The position numbers and the translations under genes were made by a program. From IMG/VR virus record IMGVR_UViG_3300035686_000079: 64,000 nucleotides of DNA; one strand, 5' to 3'. This document shows positions 9,143-18,621 of this stretch, one piece after another. Numbering within the stretch: the first letter of the stretch is position 1; the number at the start of each line of letters is the position of its first letter. The DNA comes from an uncultured virus (IMG/VR IMGVR_UViG_3300035686_000079). Its lineage: Duplodnaviria > Heunggongvirae > Uroviricota > Caudoviricetes. The notes under the pieces are model-generated. The model was not told the DNA's origin. It did no database searches and worked only from the letters and a program-made list of their open reading frames with translations.

Positions 9143-9174
9143 AAAAATCCCCGCACTTTTTGGGTACGGGGATT
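9143..9174 (-). terminator. intrinsic terminator (near-identical copy at ~11847-11880)
   Basis: AAAAATCCCCGCAC..GTACGGGGATT. Confidence 0.75.
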
Positions 9175-9190
9175 GGGGAACAGAAGGAAT

Positions 9191-9520
9191 CTAGAATACT
9201 AGTTCCCAATGCTTAGAATCTTCGTTGTAAACACCCTGACAGCTTGTAAAACAAGGTTGAAGGTAATCGGGAAATACTATGGCTTCTTTCATGTTTTTTG
9301 AGGCAAACTCAGCTGCTTGATCGGCTGATTCTTTGTGAACATACAAAACAAAATCTAGATCAATTGTGTTTTCGCCTAGTACGGTAAGATTTGTTTCGGG
9401 TGTTTGGCGAATGCGAATTTCAAATTCATTCGCAGGCTGGAATTGATCAATGCTTAGTCCGTCGATGTTTCCTTGAAAGGTGATACAGCAGTCTACAGAG
9501 TATTTAGCTAATCCAGACAT
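9191..9520 (-). CDS. hypothetical protein
   Basis: MSGLAKYSVDCC..., bracketed by palindrome copies 2 and 3. Confidence 0.65.
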   Translation of the reverse strand: MSGLAKYSVDCCITFQGNIDGLSIDQFQPANEFEIRIRQTPETNLTVLGENTIDLDFVLYVHKESADQAAEFASKNMKEAIVFPDYLQPCFTSCQGVYNEDSKHWELVF

Positions 9521-9586
9521 GGTTTGTTGTTTTTTTGATTGCATTGCTACAGAGTATTTTACCTCTGTTATAACCATCTTAACACA

Positions 9587-9610
9587 AACACCGTTCGGTC
9601 GAACGGTGTT
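9587..9610. repeat. 24-bp palindrome family, copy 3 (overlaps stop of the MTase gene)
   Basis: AACACCGTTCGGTCGAACGGTGTT. Confidence 0.95.
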
Positions 9611-10679
9611 AATCAACCCAATCGGAAAACAAGGGCAAGTCTGCATAACACGGCAGGCTTGCTTTTTTCTTTTCTGGCTTGGTCAGATATAGGATTGCAG
9701 CACTGGCTCCCGTTCCTTCAAAGGAGTTTGGGGGGAGTTCTTCGACCGAGCCATGGTTTTCAGCCAAGTCTTTAATGGACTGGTTGAGCGAGTCCTTGCA
9801 AAACGTGAAGGACAATGGTGCGATCGCTGCAAGTTGCCCGCCAGGGGCGAGCAGTTCCCATGCAGCGAGGATGTGGATGGCATAGACCCATTTTTTCTCC
9901 TTAATTGAGAATGGTGGATTCATGACGATCGCCTTGTAGAGACGATCTGGTTGATAGTCGAGAAAGTCAGACTCAAATACCGTTCCGATATTTAAGTCTC
10001 GTAGGGCGTTTGCTCGTTCCGGGTCTATTTCGACCAAATGTAGGTCGGTGTGAGGGAAGCGCTTTTTTACAGCGGCTCCTAATACCCCAAGTCCTGCATC
10101 GGCATCTAAAACGATGTCTGCATTCTCTGGTCGTATCCAGCTAGCCATTTGTTTGGCAACTGGAGGTTTAGTTTGGAAAAATGCCAAGGGGTTGAGGTCT
10201 GGTAATTCTCCTTTTTGGAGATAGTTCTCCAGTACCTCGGTTGGGTCTTCCTTGAAAACGTGAGCTTGAGTTTTGCCCCCCTTCCAGGTACCTCCGAGGC
10301 AACGTAGTAGACGATCGGCTACTTTGTACGAATCTCGGTTGAGCTTCCCTGTATTCAGGCGAAGCATTTTTCCGTCAATGGTGGCAGTAGCCAGGATTTC
10401 CTCAGGAGATAGGCTGATGCCTTCGTCTTCTTGAGGTTGTGGTTTGGGTTGTTGCATTTCGAGGAGTTCTTCCTCGGTGATGCCCATAGCAGCAAAGGCA
10501 GAATTGATCGCCTCATGAACACCTGTGAGATGCTGATTGACTTTGGCGAATCCCGCCTTCTGTTCTGTTTCGCTCTTGCCTAGAAGGTCAAATAAGTCTT
10601 CCAAGCTAGATTCAGCCGCTTTGGCTTCGTTCGTGAGCAAATCTAAGTATTTGTCGAGTTCGTCAGCTAATTCTGTCAT
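9609..10679 (-). CDS. N6-adenine DNA methyltransferase (NPPF type) with N-terminal extension
   Basis: FFQTKP, LDADAGLGVLG (motif I), VEID, IVMNPPFS (motif IV), ELPPNSFEGTG. Confidence 0.85.
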   Translation of the reverse strand: MTELADELDKYLDLLTNEAKAAESSLEDLFDLLGKSETEQKAGFAKVNQHLTGVHEAINSAFAAMGITEEELLEMQQPKPQPQEDEGISLSPEEILATATIDGKMLRLNTGKLNRDSYKVADRLLRCLGGTWKGGKTQAHVFKEDPTEVLENYLQKGELPDLNPLAFFQTKPPVAKQMASWIRPENADIVLDADAGLGVLGAAVKKRFPHTDLHLVEIDPERANALRDLNIGTVFESDFLDYQPDRLYKAIVMNPPFSIKEKKWVYAIHILAAWELLAPGGQLAAIAPLSFTFCKDSLNQSIKDLAENHGSVEELPPNSFEGTGASAAILYLTKPEKKKASLPCYADLPLFSDWVD

Positions 10680-10736
10680 TGTGGTAAGGGAGAGTATTGT
10701 GGAACTGGCGGCAGGGTTATCCTGCCGCTTTTTTCG

Positions 10737-11738
10737 TTACCGCTGATAGATGTATAAGTTCATTGCTGCGTCATGCAGAATGAGGTAGCGGTTTTTGATA
10801 AGGCAGTAGAACAGCTGGTAACCCTCTTGCCCTTCTTTTATGTTTTGTTGGCTGCAAGCATTTTTATACAGTTGTCTGAAAAAATCAGATGCAAGAAGAT
10901 ATTGTCCTAGGAATTCTACTTCCTCGAACGGCTTGGCTTTCTCGTCATACCGGAAGGTCTTCCAGTACAGCCAGAAGGCTTTCCCATGTTTCTTCCAGTT
11001 TTGAGCTACATAAGATAGCTCAACTAGGTCTTCCCAGTCGAAGACTTCATACCCGATGGGGAATTTGCTTAGAGCCATTGTTTTCCATTCCTGGGCGTCA
11101 GGGACGGGCGATTGGCTCAGCCACCAGGCAATGTTTTGAATGATCGTCTCTGGTTCCTGTACGGCATTAATCCACACAGTTCGTTCGATCCCTTGCCTGT
11201 GGGCGTCTTGGTCGCGAATCAGGATTTGAGGATTGTCGGGTTCCGCTTCCACAAAGGGGAGGGGAACCCAACAGAAGTCCTCGCAGAGGCACCAGTCCTC
11301 GTCGGAGATGCCAGGGATGTACAGGCATTCTCCAGGTAGTTCAACGATCTCTCCTAAAGAAATCGCTGAATACATTAAAAGGGTATCCAGTTCGCAGGCA
11401 AAAAATAGTTGATTGTCTTGGGCTACGACAGCTGTTGTATTCATCTGCTCGCAGATCTTGACTTTTGCTTGCTCAGCTAACTGAGGAGAGCTGAATAGCA
11501 GACGATCGCAGTAGTGACATGTGGGTATTTCTCCCTCCAGCTCTATTTTTTCTGCGGCGTCGTACCAATGTTCGTAATCACTGTCGTTTAGTAGGATCAA
11601 CGATTCAATTCTTTTTGAGTTGCATAGTGGTGCCAGAAGTTCGTGTGCCTTTATAGCGTCAGAATTTGACACGAAAAATACCCCCCAAAAAAGGTTTCTC
11701 TCTACGCCTGTTTGACGCAGAAACTGTTGAAGATTCAT
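10737..11738 (-). CDS. protein with a C-terminal diverged ArdA-like antirestriction domain
   Basis: PQILIRDQDAHRQGIERTVWINAVQEPETI..SQSPVPDAQEW..FEEVEFLGQY follows the ArdA pattern. Confidence 0.55.
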   Translation of the reverse strand: MNLQQFLRQTGVERNLFWGVFFVSNSDAIKAHELLAPLCNSKRIESLILLNDSDYEHWYDAAEKIELEGEIPTCHYCDRLLFSSPQLAEQAKVKICEQMNTTAVVAQDNQLFFACELDTLLMYSAISLGEIVELPGECLYIPGISDEDWCLCEDFCWVPLPFVEAEPDNPQILIRDQDAHRQGIERTVWINAVQEPETIIQNIAWWLSQSPVPDAQEWKTMALSKFPIGYEVFDWEDLVELSYVAQNWKKHGKAFWLYWKTFRYDEKAKPFEEVEFLGQYLLASDFFRQLYKNACSQQNIKEGQEGYQLFYCLIKNRYLILHDAAMNLYIYQR

Positions 11739-11846
11739 GATGGTGATAGTGATAAAAAGGTTACGGGTAGTCGCTCAAACGGCTACCCTTTCTTTATTCT
11801 AGCACTTGTTATCACAATACACAGATGCCGTTTATGTCATTATCAA

Positions 11847-11880
11847 CAAAAATCCCCGTACTTTTTTAAGTACGGGGATT
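11847..11880 (-). terminator. intrinsic terminator
   Basis: AAAAAATCCCCGTACTT..AAGTACGGGGATT. Confidence 0.8.
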
Positions 11881-11910
11881 GGAGGGGTGCGATCGGCGCT
11901 TCGTTAATGT

Positions 11911-12189
11911 CTATTCAACCAAGAATGGCTGATTCTCACTGGCGCAGATTCGCATCTGATGTGCTATTGCGCTTAATGCTGGTTTGTGTTCGGCGATCGC
12001 AGGATGGTTAAGGACTGACTCTAGACCACTAGCTACAGAAGTACAGTCTGCTGGCAAGATTTCTCCGTCGAGCGGCGTTTCCAGCCACTTTCGGACTGAA
12101 CTGTTATGTGTTAATTGCAGCAGTTGTTCAGCTAAAACGCCAAATTGATTGTAGTTCCAGCCAAGAGCGTATTGTCGGTAAATTCCCAT
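11911..12189 (-). CDS. hypothetical protein
   Basis: ORF with AAGGA RBS. Confidence 0.65.
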   Translation of the reverse strand: MGIYRQYALGWNYNQFGVLAEQLLQLTHNSSVRKWLETPLDGEILPADCTSVASGLESVLNHPAIAEHKPALSAIAHQMRICASENQPFLVE

Positions 12190-12276
12190 GTTTTTGTTCC
12201 TTTGATTGCGTTGCTAGGTTTTTAAGGAAGATGTGCAGCTGAGTTACTGCACATCTGATGTGATCGGCATTCGGTA

Positions 12277-12486
12277 TTAAGAAAGAACTCGCTTGATTTC
12301 TTTGCGCTTCAGGATGGTTGAACCATACTGATGCTCTACGCGATAAGTTTTTTCCTTTGCGGTAGCGTTTTCTGTTGGCGAAATAATCTCAGTAATTTGC
12401 CCTTCCTTGATGTCTCCGTAAAACACTTGTTCTGGAGTGTTGTATAGACGGTATTGGACTCGGCTACCTACTCGAATTCTAGGCAT
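12277..12486 (-). CDS. small hypothetical protein (SH3-like beta barrel?)
   Basis: IRVGSRVQYR..GQITEII..YRVEH; AAGGA RBS. Confidence 0.65.
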   Translation of the reverse strand: MPRIRVGSRVQYRLYNTPEQVFYGDIKEGQITEIISPTENATAKEKTYRVEHQYGSTILKRKEIKRVLS

Positions 12487-12550
12487 TTGTTTTCCTTTTT
12501 TGTTGCATTGCTACAGAGTTTTATTGCTCTGTTATAACTATCCTAGCACG

Positions 12551-12574
12551 AACACCGTTCGATCGAACGGTGTT
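12551..12574. repeat. 24-bp palindrome family, copy 4
   Basis: Perfect copy; symmetry extends to 12548-12577. Confidence 0.97.
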
Positions 12575-12753
12575 CGTTGAGGATTCCACTGCTTTTGCGG
12601 GGGTCTTTTTTTTTAAACAGGAAAAAGTATTGTGAGAAAAGTATCTATGCAATAGGAGGAGTTTTGTCCTCTTTTGTATGTGTAAACGGGGTTTATTCAC
12701 TTTGGCTTGGCGGTGCTGAGACAAGGGATAAGTGCCAAATACAAATAGAACCC

Positions 12754-13338
12754 ATGACAGCTTTAGTTACGTCTCACGGTCGAATAGGGAGAGTCCGATC
12801 GTCCTTTTTTGAGGATGGTGGTGAGACATTACCAGAGCGCTTTGAATTTAGCGACGTTTCGGTTGCTATCAGAGTGTTTTTAGGTAAAGGTGTCTTAGTA
12901 AATTTGTTTGTTCAAAACAATCGCCCTGGACAAGCGTGTTACGTCCAGTTGCACGACTCGGCGGCTGACCAACTGCCGTTACAGCATCCAGCCGCATTTT
13001 ATTATCCTTTGCCTCCGGGTGGGGATTATCATAGCGATCCCAATCCGTCTGGATTTAGCACCTTGTCTCTGGGGGGCGATCCTATCCCGTTCAGGGAGGG
13101 CTGCGTAATCGCCTACAGCTGGCATCCCAAAATGTACCAACCTATTCCCTTTGAGACGCCACCACCAGAACCGATTCGGATTCCTCAGTATTTGGCTAAA
13201 GTAGACGCCAACGGGAACCCAGTCCAAAAAACAGAATTAGATCCAGCAACGAATACCCGTAAGCCAGTCTACGTAGAGATGGACCCCCCGCCCTATAAGA
13301 CTTGCCACGGGACTTTTATGCTTTTGGAGTCAGCGTGA
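12754..13338 (+). CDS. hypothetical, putative virion protein
   Basis: First gene of the tail-fibre operon; beta-rich. Confidence 0.6.
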   Translation: MTALVTSHGRIGRVRSSFFEDGGETLPERFEFSDVSVAIRVFLGKGVLVNLFVQNNRPGQACYVQLHDSAADQLPLQHPAAFYYPLPPGGDYHSDPNPSGFSTLSLGGDPIPFREGCVIAYSWHPKMYQPIPFETPPPEPIRIPQYLAKVDANGNPVQKTELDPATNTRKPVYVEMDPPPYKTCHGTFMLLESA

Positions 13339-13342
13339 AGCC

Positions 13343-13600
13343 ATGACTGCTCGCATTACCTCTATCAAGAAACCTAAGAGGTTAGAAAAATTCGAGCATT
13401 GGCAGCGCGAACCTGCGACAAGCGTTACCGTCAACGTTCCGTTTGAGACTCTTCCGAAATCCGTTGATTTTTTTGTTTTAGATGAATTTGGCGAGATAAA
13501 GCATCCCCTGTACCTCGTTAAATGTACCTACCTAAATTTTCCTGAAGTCAAAATCGATTTTGTCGATCCGTCCTGTTTCTTAGCTGTGTTTTGGAGATAA
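13343..13600 (+). CDS. hypothetical protein
   Basis: Tightly spaced within the operon. Confidence 0.65.
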   Translation: MTARITSIKKPKRLEKFEHWQREPATSVTVNVPFETLPKSVDFFVLDEFGEIKHPLYLVKCTYLNFPEVKIDFVDPSCFLAVFWR

Positions 13601-13606
13601 AAACCA

Positions 13607-15097
13607 ATGGCTCAATACGATCGCGTCCCAACGGTAACGACCCGAATTCAAGATGCCAACCAGATTCCCTACCACCAGAATTTTCAAAATAGGAGCGTAT
13701 ACGTCAGCCCCGCCATTGAAAACGTCAATGGACGGAAAACGATTCATCTCGATAAAGCGGTTGCTGGACGCGATCTAGGAGATCTTCAGGACGACTACAC
13801 GGCGGCAGTTGGTAGTTTAGAATCACGCTGGCAGGCAGAAGCACAATCTACCAACACCCGGATCGACAACTTATTAAGGGGGATTCCCAAAAGCTACACC
13901 GTAGCCGGACTTTTCAACAGCTTGGCAGATTTCCGAGCAGCTGCAACCGATCCTAATAGTACTGCGATCGTCCGTTACCCCGATCCTCAGCCACCTTATG
14001 CCACACAGATCTGGGTTAACGACTTAGCCGATCCGGCAAATAGCGGACTCTACGACCTTGCTACTAGAACCCGGATCTATGAAGATTTAGATGCCTACAT
14101 CCCTGGCACCACTATCCATAACGATAGTAATAACAGAACTTATAAAATAAATGACGAGCCTACGGTTGATGATGATGGTGATATCACCAGCTTGCTTGCT
14201 CAACCTTTTGGCTATTACGAACCAACAAACTTCCTTTTAGCTCTTCGATTAGGTGGTGATTCGGGGCGTGACGTTTCTCTGCAAACAACCGATCGTTTCG
14301 TCCAGGTTGCTGGTACTGATGGAATTATCCGTCTGGGCATTAGTGCGAGTTTTCAGGCTGAGCTAACCGGATTGCGTACCGACATCGATGGTAACAGGGC
14401 TTCGATCGTTGCCTTGACAGACCGAGTGGCAACAGACGAAGCGACAATTGATCGGATTAACTCGACCGTTCAGGCGCAAGGCACGGCAATCACTAACTTG
14501 CAGCAAGCCGATCGTGACTTCACGACTAGCTTGCAGCAAACCAATAACAATTTAGCGGCAGCAGTTGAACAAGAGCGAACGGATGTTAACAACATCAATA
14601 CCGCTCTAGATGGGCTGACGGGAACAGTTCGCTCCCAAGGCGTTCAAATTGGGCAACAGCAAAACGATTTGAACACCTTGACCGGACGAGTGAATAATCT
14701 CGCCGTCGTACAGGGGGAGATGCAGCAGGAAGATATCGACCTGCAAAATCAGATTAATGCCATCAACCAAGTACTGCCCACCAAGGACACTCCGGCAGAG
14801 CGAGACCGTGCGATCGCTTTAGATGCTCAAGAGGTTCTACTCAAAGAGGGCGATCCAAGTATTGTCCGCAACGAGGTAAACGGTGCAACTGTTTGGCGCG
14901 TAACGTTTCCTCAGCCCGGTTTTGGCTTGGTTAGTTACCTGGAAGTTCCAGCAGAAGGTCCGACAGGGCGTCGTCGGGTTCTCCAGCTCCTCAAGTTGTT
15001 TGTGGAAAACACTGTTGTCGAAATGTGGGAAGACGGCATTGTGCCATGGGGAAGCCGCTCCATCCGTGTCAAGCGCTTCTATCCCGTAAATTTTTAA
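13607..15097 (+). CDS. putative virion fibre/structural protein with long coiled coil
   Basis: Heptad Q/N/T-rich region in the C-terminal half; upstream of the tail fibre. Confidence 0.7.
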   Translation: MAQYDRVPTVTTRIQDANQIPYHQNFQNRSVYVSPAIENVNGRKTIHLDKAVAGRDLGDLQDDYTAAVGSLESRWQAEAQSTNTRIDNLLRGIPKSYTVAGLFNSLADFRAAATDPNSTAIVRYPDPQPPYATQIWVNDLADPANSGLYDLATRTRIYEDLDAYIPGTTIHNDSNNRTYKINDEPTVDDDGDITSLLAQPFGYYEPTNFLLALRLGGDSGRDVSLQTTDRFVQVAGTDGIIRLGISASFQAELTGLRTDIDGNRASIVALTDRVATDEATIDRINSTVQAQGTAITNLQQADRDFTTSLQQTNNNLAAAVEQERTDVNNINTALDGLTGTVRSQGVQIGQQQNDLNTLTGRVNNLAVVQGEMQQEDIDLQNQINAINQVLPTKDTPAERDRAIALDAQEVLLKEGDPSIVRNEVNGATVWRVTFPQPGFGLVSYLEVPAEGPTGRRRVLQLLKLFVENTVVEMWEDGIVPWGSRSIRVKRFYPVNF

Positions 15098-15154
15098 GCG
15101 GCTCAGTGACTAGCCCCACCACTGAGCCGACAACGTTACTGACTCAAACAGGGG
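15088..15154 (+). other. candidate -1 programmed ribosomal frameshift signal
   Basis: A_AAT_TTT heptamer immediately before TAA; 10-bp stem 15099-15108/15120-15129; loop CCCC can pair with GGGG 15151-15154; -1 frame open to 15195. Confidence 0.6.
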
Positions 15155-15280
15155 AACCGTTGACCGACCAAGATGGCAATCCATTGAATTGGTAGTTTTC
15201 CTTCATACTGCAAGGGGTCAATTTGGTAGCCACTGGCTGCCAAATTGACGGTTTGTTATTAAAACTTTTGAGTAATTTTT

Positions 15281-18200
15281 ATGTCAGGTAAAAAAACGGA
15301 CGATGCCAGTTTTGAGTTGCTTTCTGCCGATCGGTTGACAGGAGATGAGTCGTTTTATTGCGTCAATGGTGGGGAGGATTTCAGGACGTTACTGAACGCA
15401 ATCGCTGGATTTCACGAGCGCAAAGGGTTAGGTGCTCATCCAGAATTTGAGGCGGCTATTGCAAGTATCCTGTCTCAGTTAGGCAACAAACAACCTGCAA
15501 ATACTACCCTGACAGCGTTAGGGGCATTGGTAGTTACAGAGATGGGCCGTCAGTTGCTCACGTCCCACATTATTCCTCTTGAGGCTTTGCCTACAATCAC
15601 AGCTGAGCGAGTGGGGGCTGACGCAAAGGGAACTGCTGCAACTGCCCTCCGTACTCATGAAGGTACGACTAATCACCCAGTTGCAACAACTACCGTCAAG
15701 GGGCTTTTGGCAGCTGAGGATAAGCTAAAGCTGGATGGTATTCAAAATCTCGCTACTCAAAATGCCACTGATGCTCAGCTAAGGGATAGAGCTACTCACA
15801 CGGGTACCCAACCCTGGACGACAATTAGCGACACGCCAACATCTCTTGCTGGGTATGGGATTCGTGATGCTGCCAGGTTGGTTAATGGCGTCGTTCCGAC
15901 TTCGTTGTTACCTAACGATTATTTGGTCAATACAGCCAGTGTCGCAACCCAAGCTGATATGCTGGCATTGCCATTCGGGCAAGGGGACTTTTGTTGGCGA
16001 CGGGATGTCGGCGCTTATTTCGATCTAAATGGCGATGACCCGACTGTTTTGGGTAATTGGCGTCAGCGCCAAGCTTCTTCGCTTCGATCGATTAACACTC
16101 AAACCGGGCCGGACGTAGTTTTAGGGGCGACTGACGTTGGGGCTGACCCTAGAGGGACTGCGGCAGGTGCTGTAGGCGCTCACGAAGCTACAGTTAATCA
16201 TCCTGCGGCAACGCCTTCACGACAAGGAATGATGGCGGCTGGAGATAAATCCAAACTAGATGCTATCCAGCCTGGAGCAACAGTTAATGCTACTGACGCT
16301 CAGTTGCGTGATCGTTCTACACATACGGGCACTCAACCGTGGAATACAATTTCTGGTACCCCAAGTTCGCTTACTGGGTATGGAATTACTGATGGCGTAT
16401 CAAGTCAAGACTCCAGACTAACTAATGCTCGAACACCGACTTCTCACTCCTTATCTCACGCTATTGGCGGTACCGATGCTATTACCCCTGCCAATATTGG
16501 TGCTGAGGCAGCGGGGACGGCAAATACTGTTGTAAGTAGTCACGAGGCTACGACCAATCACCCAACGGCGACGGCAATTGCCAAGGGGTTTATGTCAGCC
16601 CCAGATAAATCCAAGCTAGATGGGATCGAAACTGGAGCAACGGCTAATGCCAGTAATGCTCAGTTACGCGATCGTTCTACTCATACAGGTACTCAGCACT
16701 GGAATACGATTTCCAACAAGCCTACTACGGTGGAAGGATACGGGATTACAAATGCCGTCTCTTTGGTAGATGGTGTTGTTCCATCGTCGATGCTACCCAA
16801 TGAATATCTGGTTAATACAGCCGTCGTTTCGTCTGATGCCCAGATGCAGGCGCTTAACTTCCAGCGGGGAGATTACTGCTATAGGAGCGATGTTGGCGGT
16901 TATTACGATTTAATAGGGACTGACCCAGGTGTATTAACTAACTGGCAACCACGTCAAGTTTCAGGACTACGTTCCGTCAACAGACAAACTGGGCCTGATG
17001 TCATGTTGGGAGCATCTGACGTTGGAGCCGATCCAGCAGGAACGGCTGCTGGAGTCGTGCAAGCCCACGAAGGGACGACAAATCATCCAGTGGCAACTCC
17101 AACAGCCAAAGGCATGATGGCAGCAGCAGATAAATCCAAGTTGGAAGCAATTCAATCTGGGGCAACGGTTAACGCTACAGATGCTCAGTTGCGCGATCGA
17201 GCTACCCATACCGGAACGCAAAGTTGGAATACGATAGCTAACACCCCTACAACAGTTTCGGGATACGGAATTACAGATGCTCCCGTACTAGTTAATGGAG
17301 CGCTTCCCGATACAACTCTAGGTAACAGAACTGTCGATCAGGCTCTACCCGAACCGGCTAACACGGGAACTCTTACTCAATTGCTGGGTTGGATCGTCGG
17401 TCGCATCAGGGCAGTACTGGGGACAACAAATTGGACGGATGCTCCTCCTATCACCCTTCAAGCAACCAGTAGTCACGTTGCCAGTACTAGTAACCCTCAC
17501 AATACAACTGCTGCCCAAGTTGGTGCAGCTCCGTTGGTTCACAACCAAGCTTGGTCTACAATCACCAATCGACCTACCACAGTAGCGGGATATGGCATTA
17601 CAGATGCCGCTACGTTGGTCAACGGACTAGTTCCAACTTCCTTGCTACCCAATGACTACCTCGTGAACACGACAACAGTCGCCACGGAAGCTGAGATGTT
17701 GGGGCTTACCTCGTTTGGTCGGGGAGATTTTTGCTACAGAACTGATGTTGGGGCGTACTTCGATTTAATTGGAACCAATCCAACGGTTTTGGCAAGTTGG
17801 CAGCGACGGCAAGCTTCCTCGCTTCGATCGATCAACACTCAAACTGGTCCTGATGTTGTGCTAGGGGCAGCTGATGTTGGGGCGATTCCCAATACAGCAA
17901 ATAGCGTTACTGATGGATTGATCGGTGGTCGAACAGTAGACCCAGCGTTAGCTACTCCTGGCAATACAGGAACCATCACTCAAATACTTAGTTGGATAAC
18001 TGGCCGCATCAGGGCGCTACTGGGAACAACAAACTGGACGGATGCTCCTCCTATCACCCTTCAGGCAACTAGTACTCACGTTGCTAGTACCAGTAATCCT
18101 CATGCTACTACTGCCGCTCAAGTTGGCGCTGTTGCACTGACAGCGGGATTAGTAACGCCGTCTCAGTCGCTTACGTCAATTCGCTGTAAGGTTTCCTTGA

Positions 18201-18586
18201 GTTCTAATCTGTCCGTCTCCAATGGTACGTTTACCCCCACTCCATTCGGTACGATCAACTGGAATAGTGGCATTACTCGCACCAGCTCCTCTAGATACAC
18301 TATTGCTACCGCTGGAGGATATCAGGTTAATGGTTTTGGTGTATTTTCTTATGCAGTGAATGGTGGGGATAGATATGTCGGTATTCGTCTGAACGGTACA
18401 ACGATGCTTGGCGTTTCACTAGGCTTGGCTAATACCATTGCTGGAGATGACACCGGATTGTCGGTTTCCTGCGATCATGAATTTGCAGCGGGAGATTATC
18501 TAGAATTAGTAGTTTGGCAGTTTCAGTCTCCTAGCGCTACGGCGGTTTTAGCGTCTGCATCCCTTTCAATTAGAAGAGTTTATTGA
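15281..18586 (+). CDS. modular phage tail fibre protein with C-terminal C1q/TNF-like head
   Basis: Repeated LRDRxTHTGTQxW..PTxxxGYGITDA, GxMxAxDKxKLD and NPHxTTAAQVGA modules; C-terminal beta-sandwich (YTIATAGGYQV..AGDYLELVVWQ). Confidence 0.85.
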   Translation: MSGKKTDDASFELLSADRLTGDESFYCVNGGEDFRTLLNAIAGFHERKGLGAHPEFEAAIASILSQLGNKQPANTTLTALGALVVTEMGRQLLTSHIIPLEALPTITAERVGADAKGTAATALRTHEGTTNHPVATTTVKGLLAAEDKLKLDGIQNLATQNATDAQLRDRATHTGTQPWTTISDTPTSLAGYGIRDAARLVNGVVPTSLLPNDYLVNTASVATQADMLALPFGQGDFCWRRDVGAYFDLNGDDPTVLGNWRQRQASSLRSINTQTGPDVVLGATDVGADPRGTAAGAVGAHEATVNHPAATPSRQGMMAAGDKSKLDAIQPGATVNATDAQLRDRSTHTGTQPWNTISGTPSSLTGYGITDGVSSQDSRLTNARTPTSHSLSHAIGGTDAITPANIGAEAAGTANTVVSSHEATTNHPTATAIAKGFMSAPDKSKLDGIETGATANASNAQLRDRSTHTGTQHWNTISNKPTTVEGYGITNAVSLVDGVVPSSMLPNEYLVNTAVVSSDAQMQALNFQRGDYCYRSDVGGYYDLIGTDPGVLTNWQPRQVSGLRSVNRQTGPDVMLGASDVGADPAGTAAGVVQAHEGTTNHPVATPTAKGMMAAADKSKLEAIQSGATVNATDAQLRDRATHTGTQSWNTIANTPTTVSGYGITDAPVLVNGALPDTTLGNRTVDQALPEPANTGTLTQLLGWIVGRIRAVLGTTNWTDAPPITLQATSSHVASTSNPHNTTAAQVGAAPLVHNQAWSTITNRPTTVAGYGITDAATLVNGLVPTSLLPNDYLVNTTTVATEAEMLGLTSFGRGDFCYRTDVGAYFDLIGTNPTVLASWQRRQASSLRSINTQTGPDVVLGAADVGAIPNTANSVTDGLIGGRTVDPALATPGNTGTITQILSWITGRIRALLGTTNWTDAPPITLQATSTHVASTSNPHATTAAQVGAVALTAGLVTPSQSLTSIRCKVSLSSNLSVSNGTFTPTPFGTINWNSGITRTSSSRYTIATAGGYQVNGFGVFSYAVNGGDRYVGIRLNGTTMLGVSLGLANTIAGDDTGLSVSCDHEFAAGDYLELVVWQFQSPSATAVLASASLSIRRVY

Positions 18587-18621
18587 TGTGATATGGTGGC
18601 AGTACCCTTACGGAGGTCTAG

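Noticed and set aside
8869..9156. ORFs containing NTVRSNGV/TPFGRTV (also 9480, 9539, 12521, 38083, 38250, 57538)
   Set aside because: The shared peptide is just the translation of the DNA palindrome; these ORFs cross promoters and terminators.
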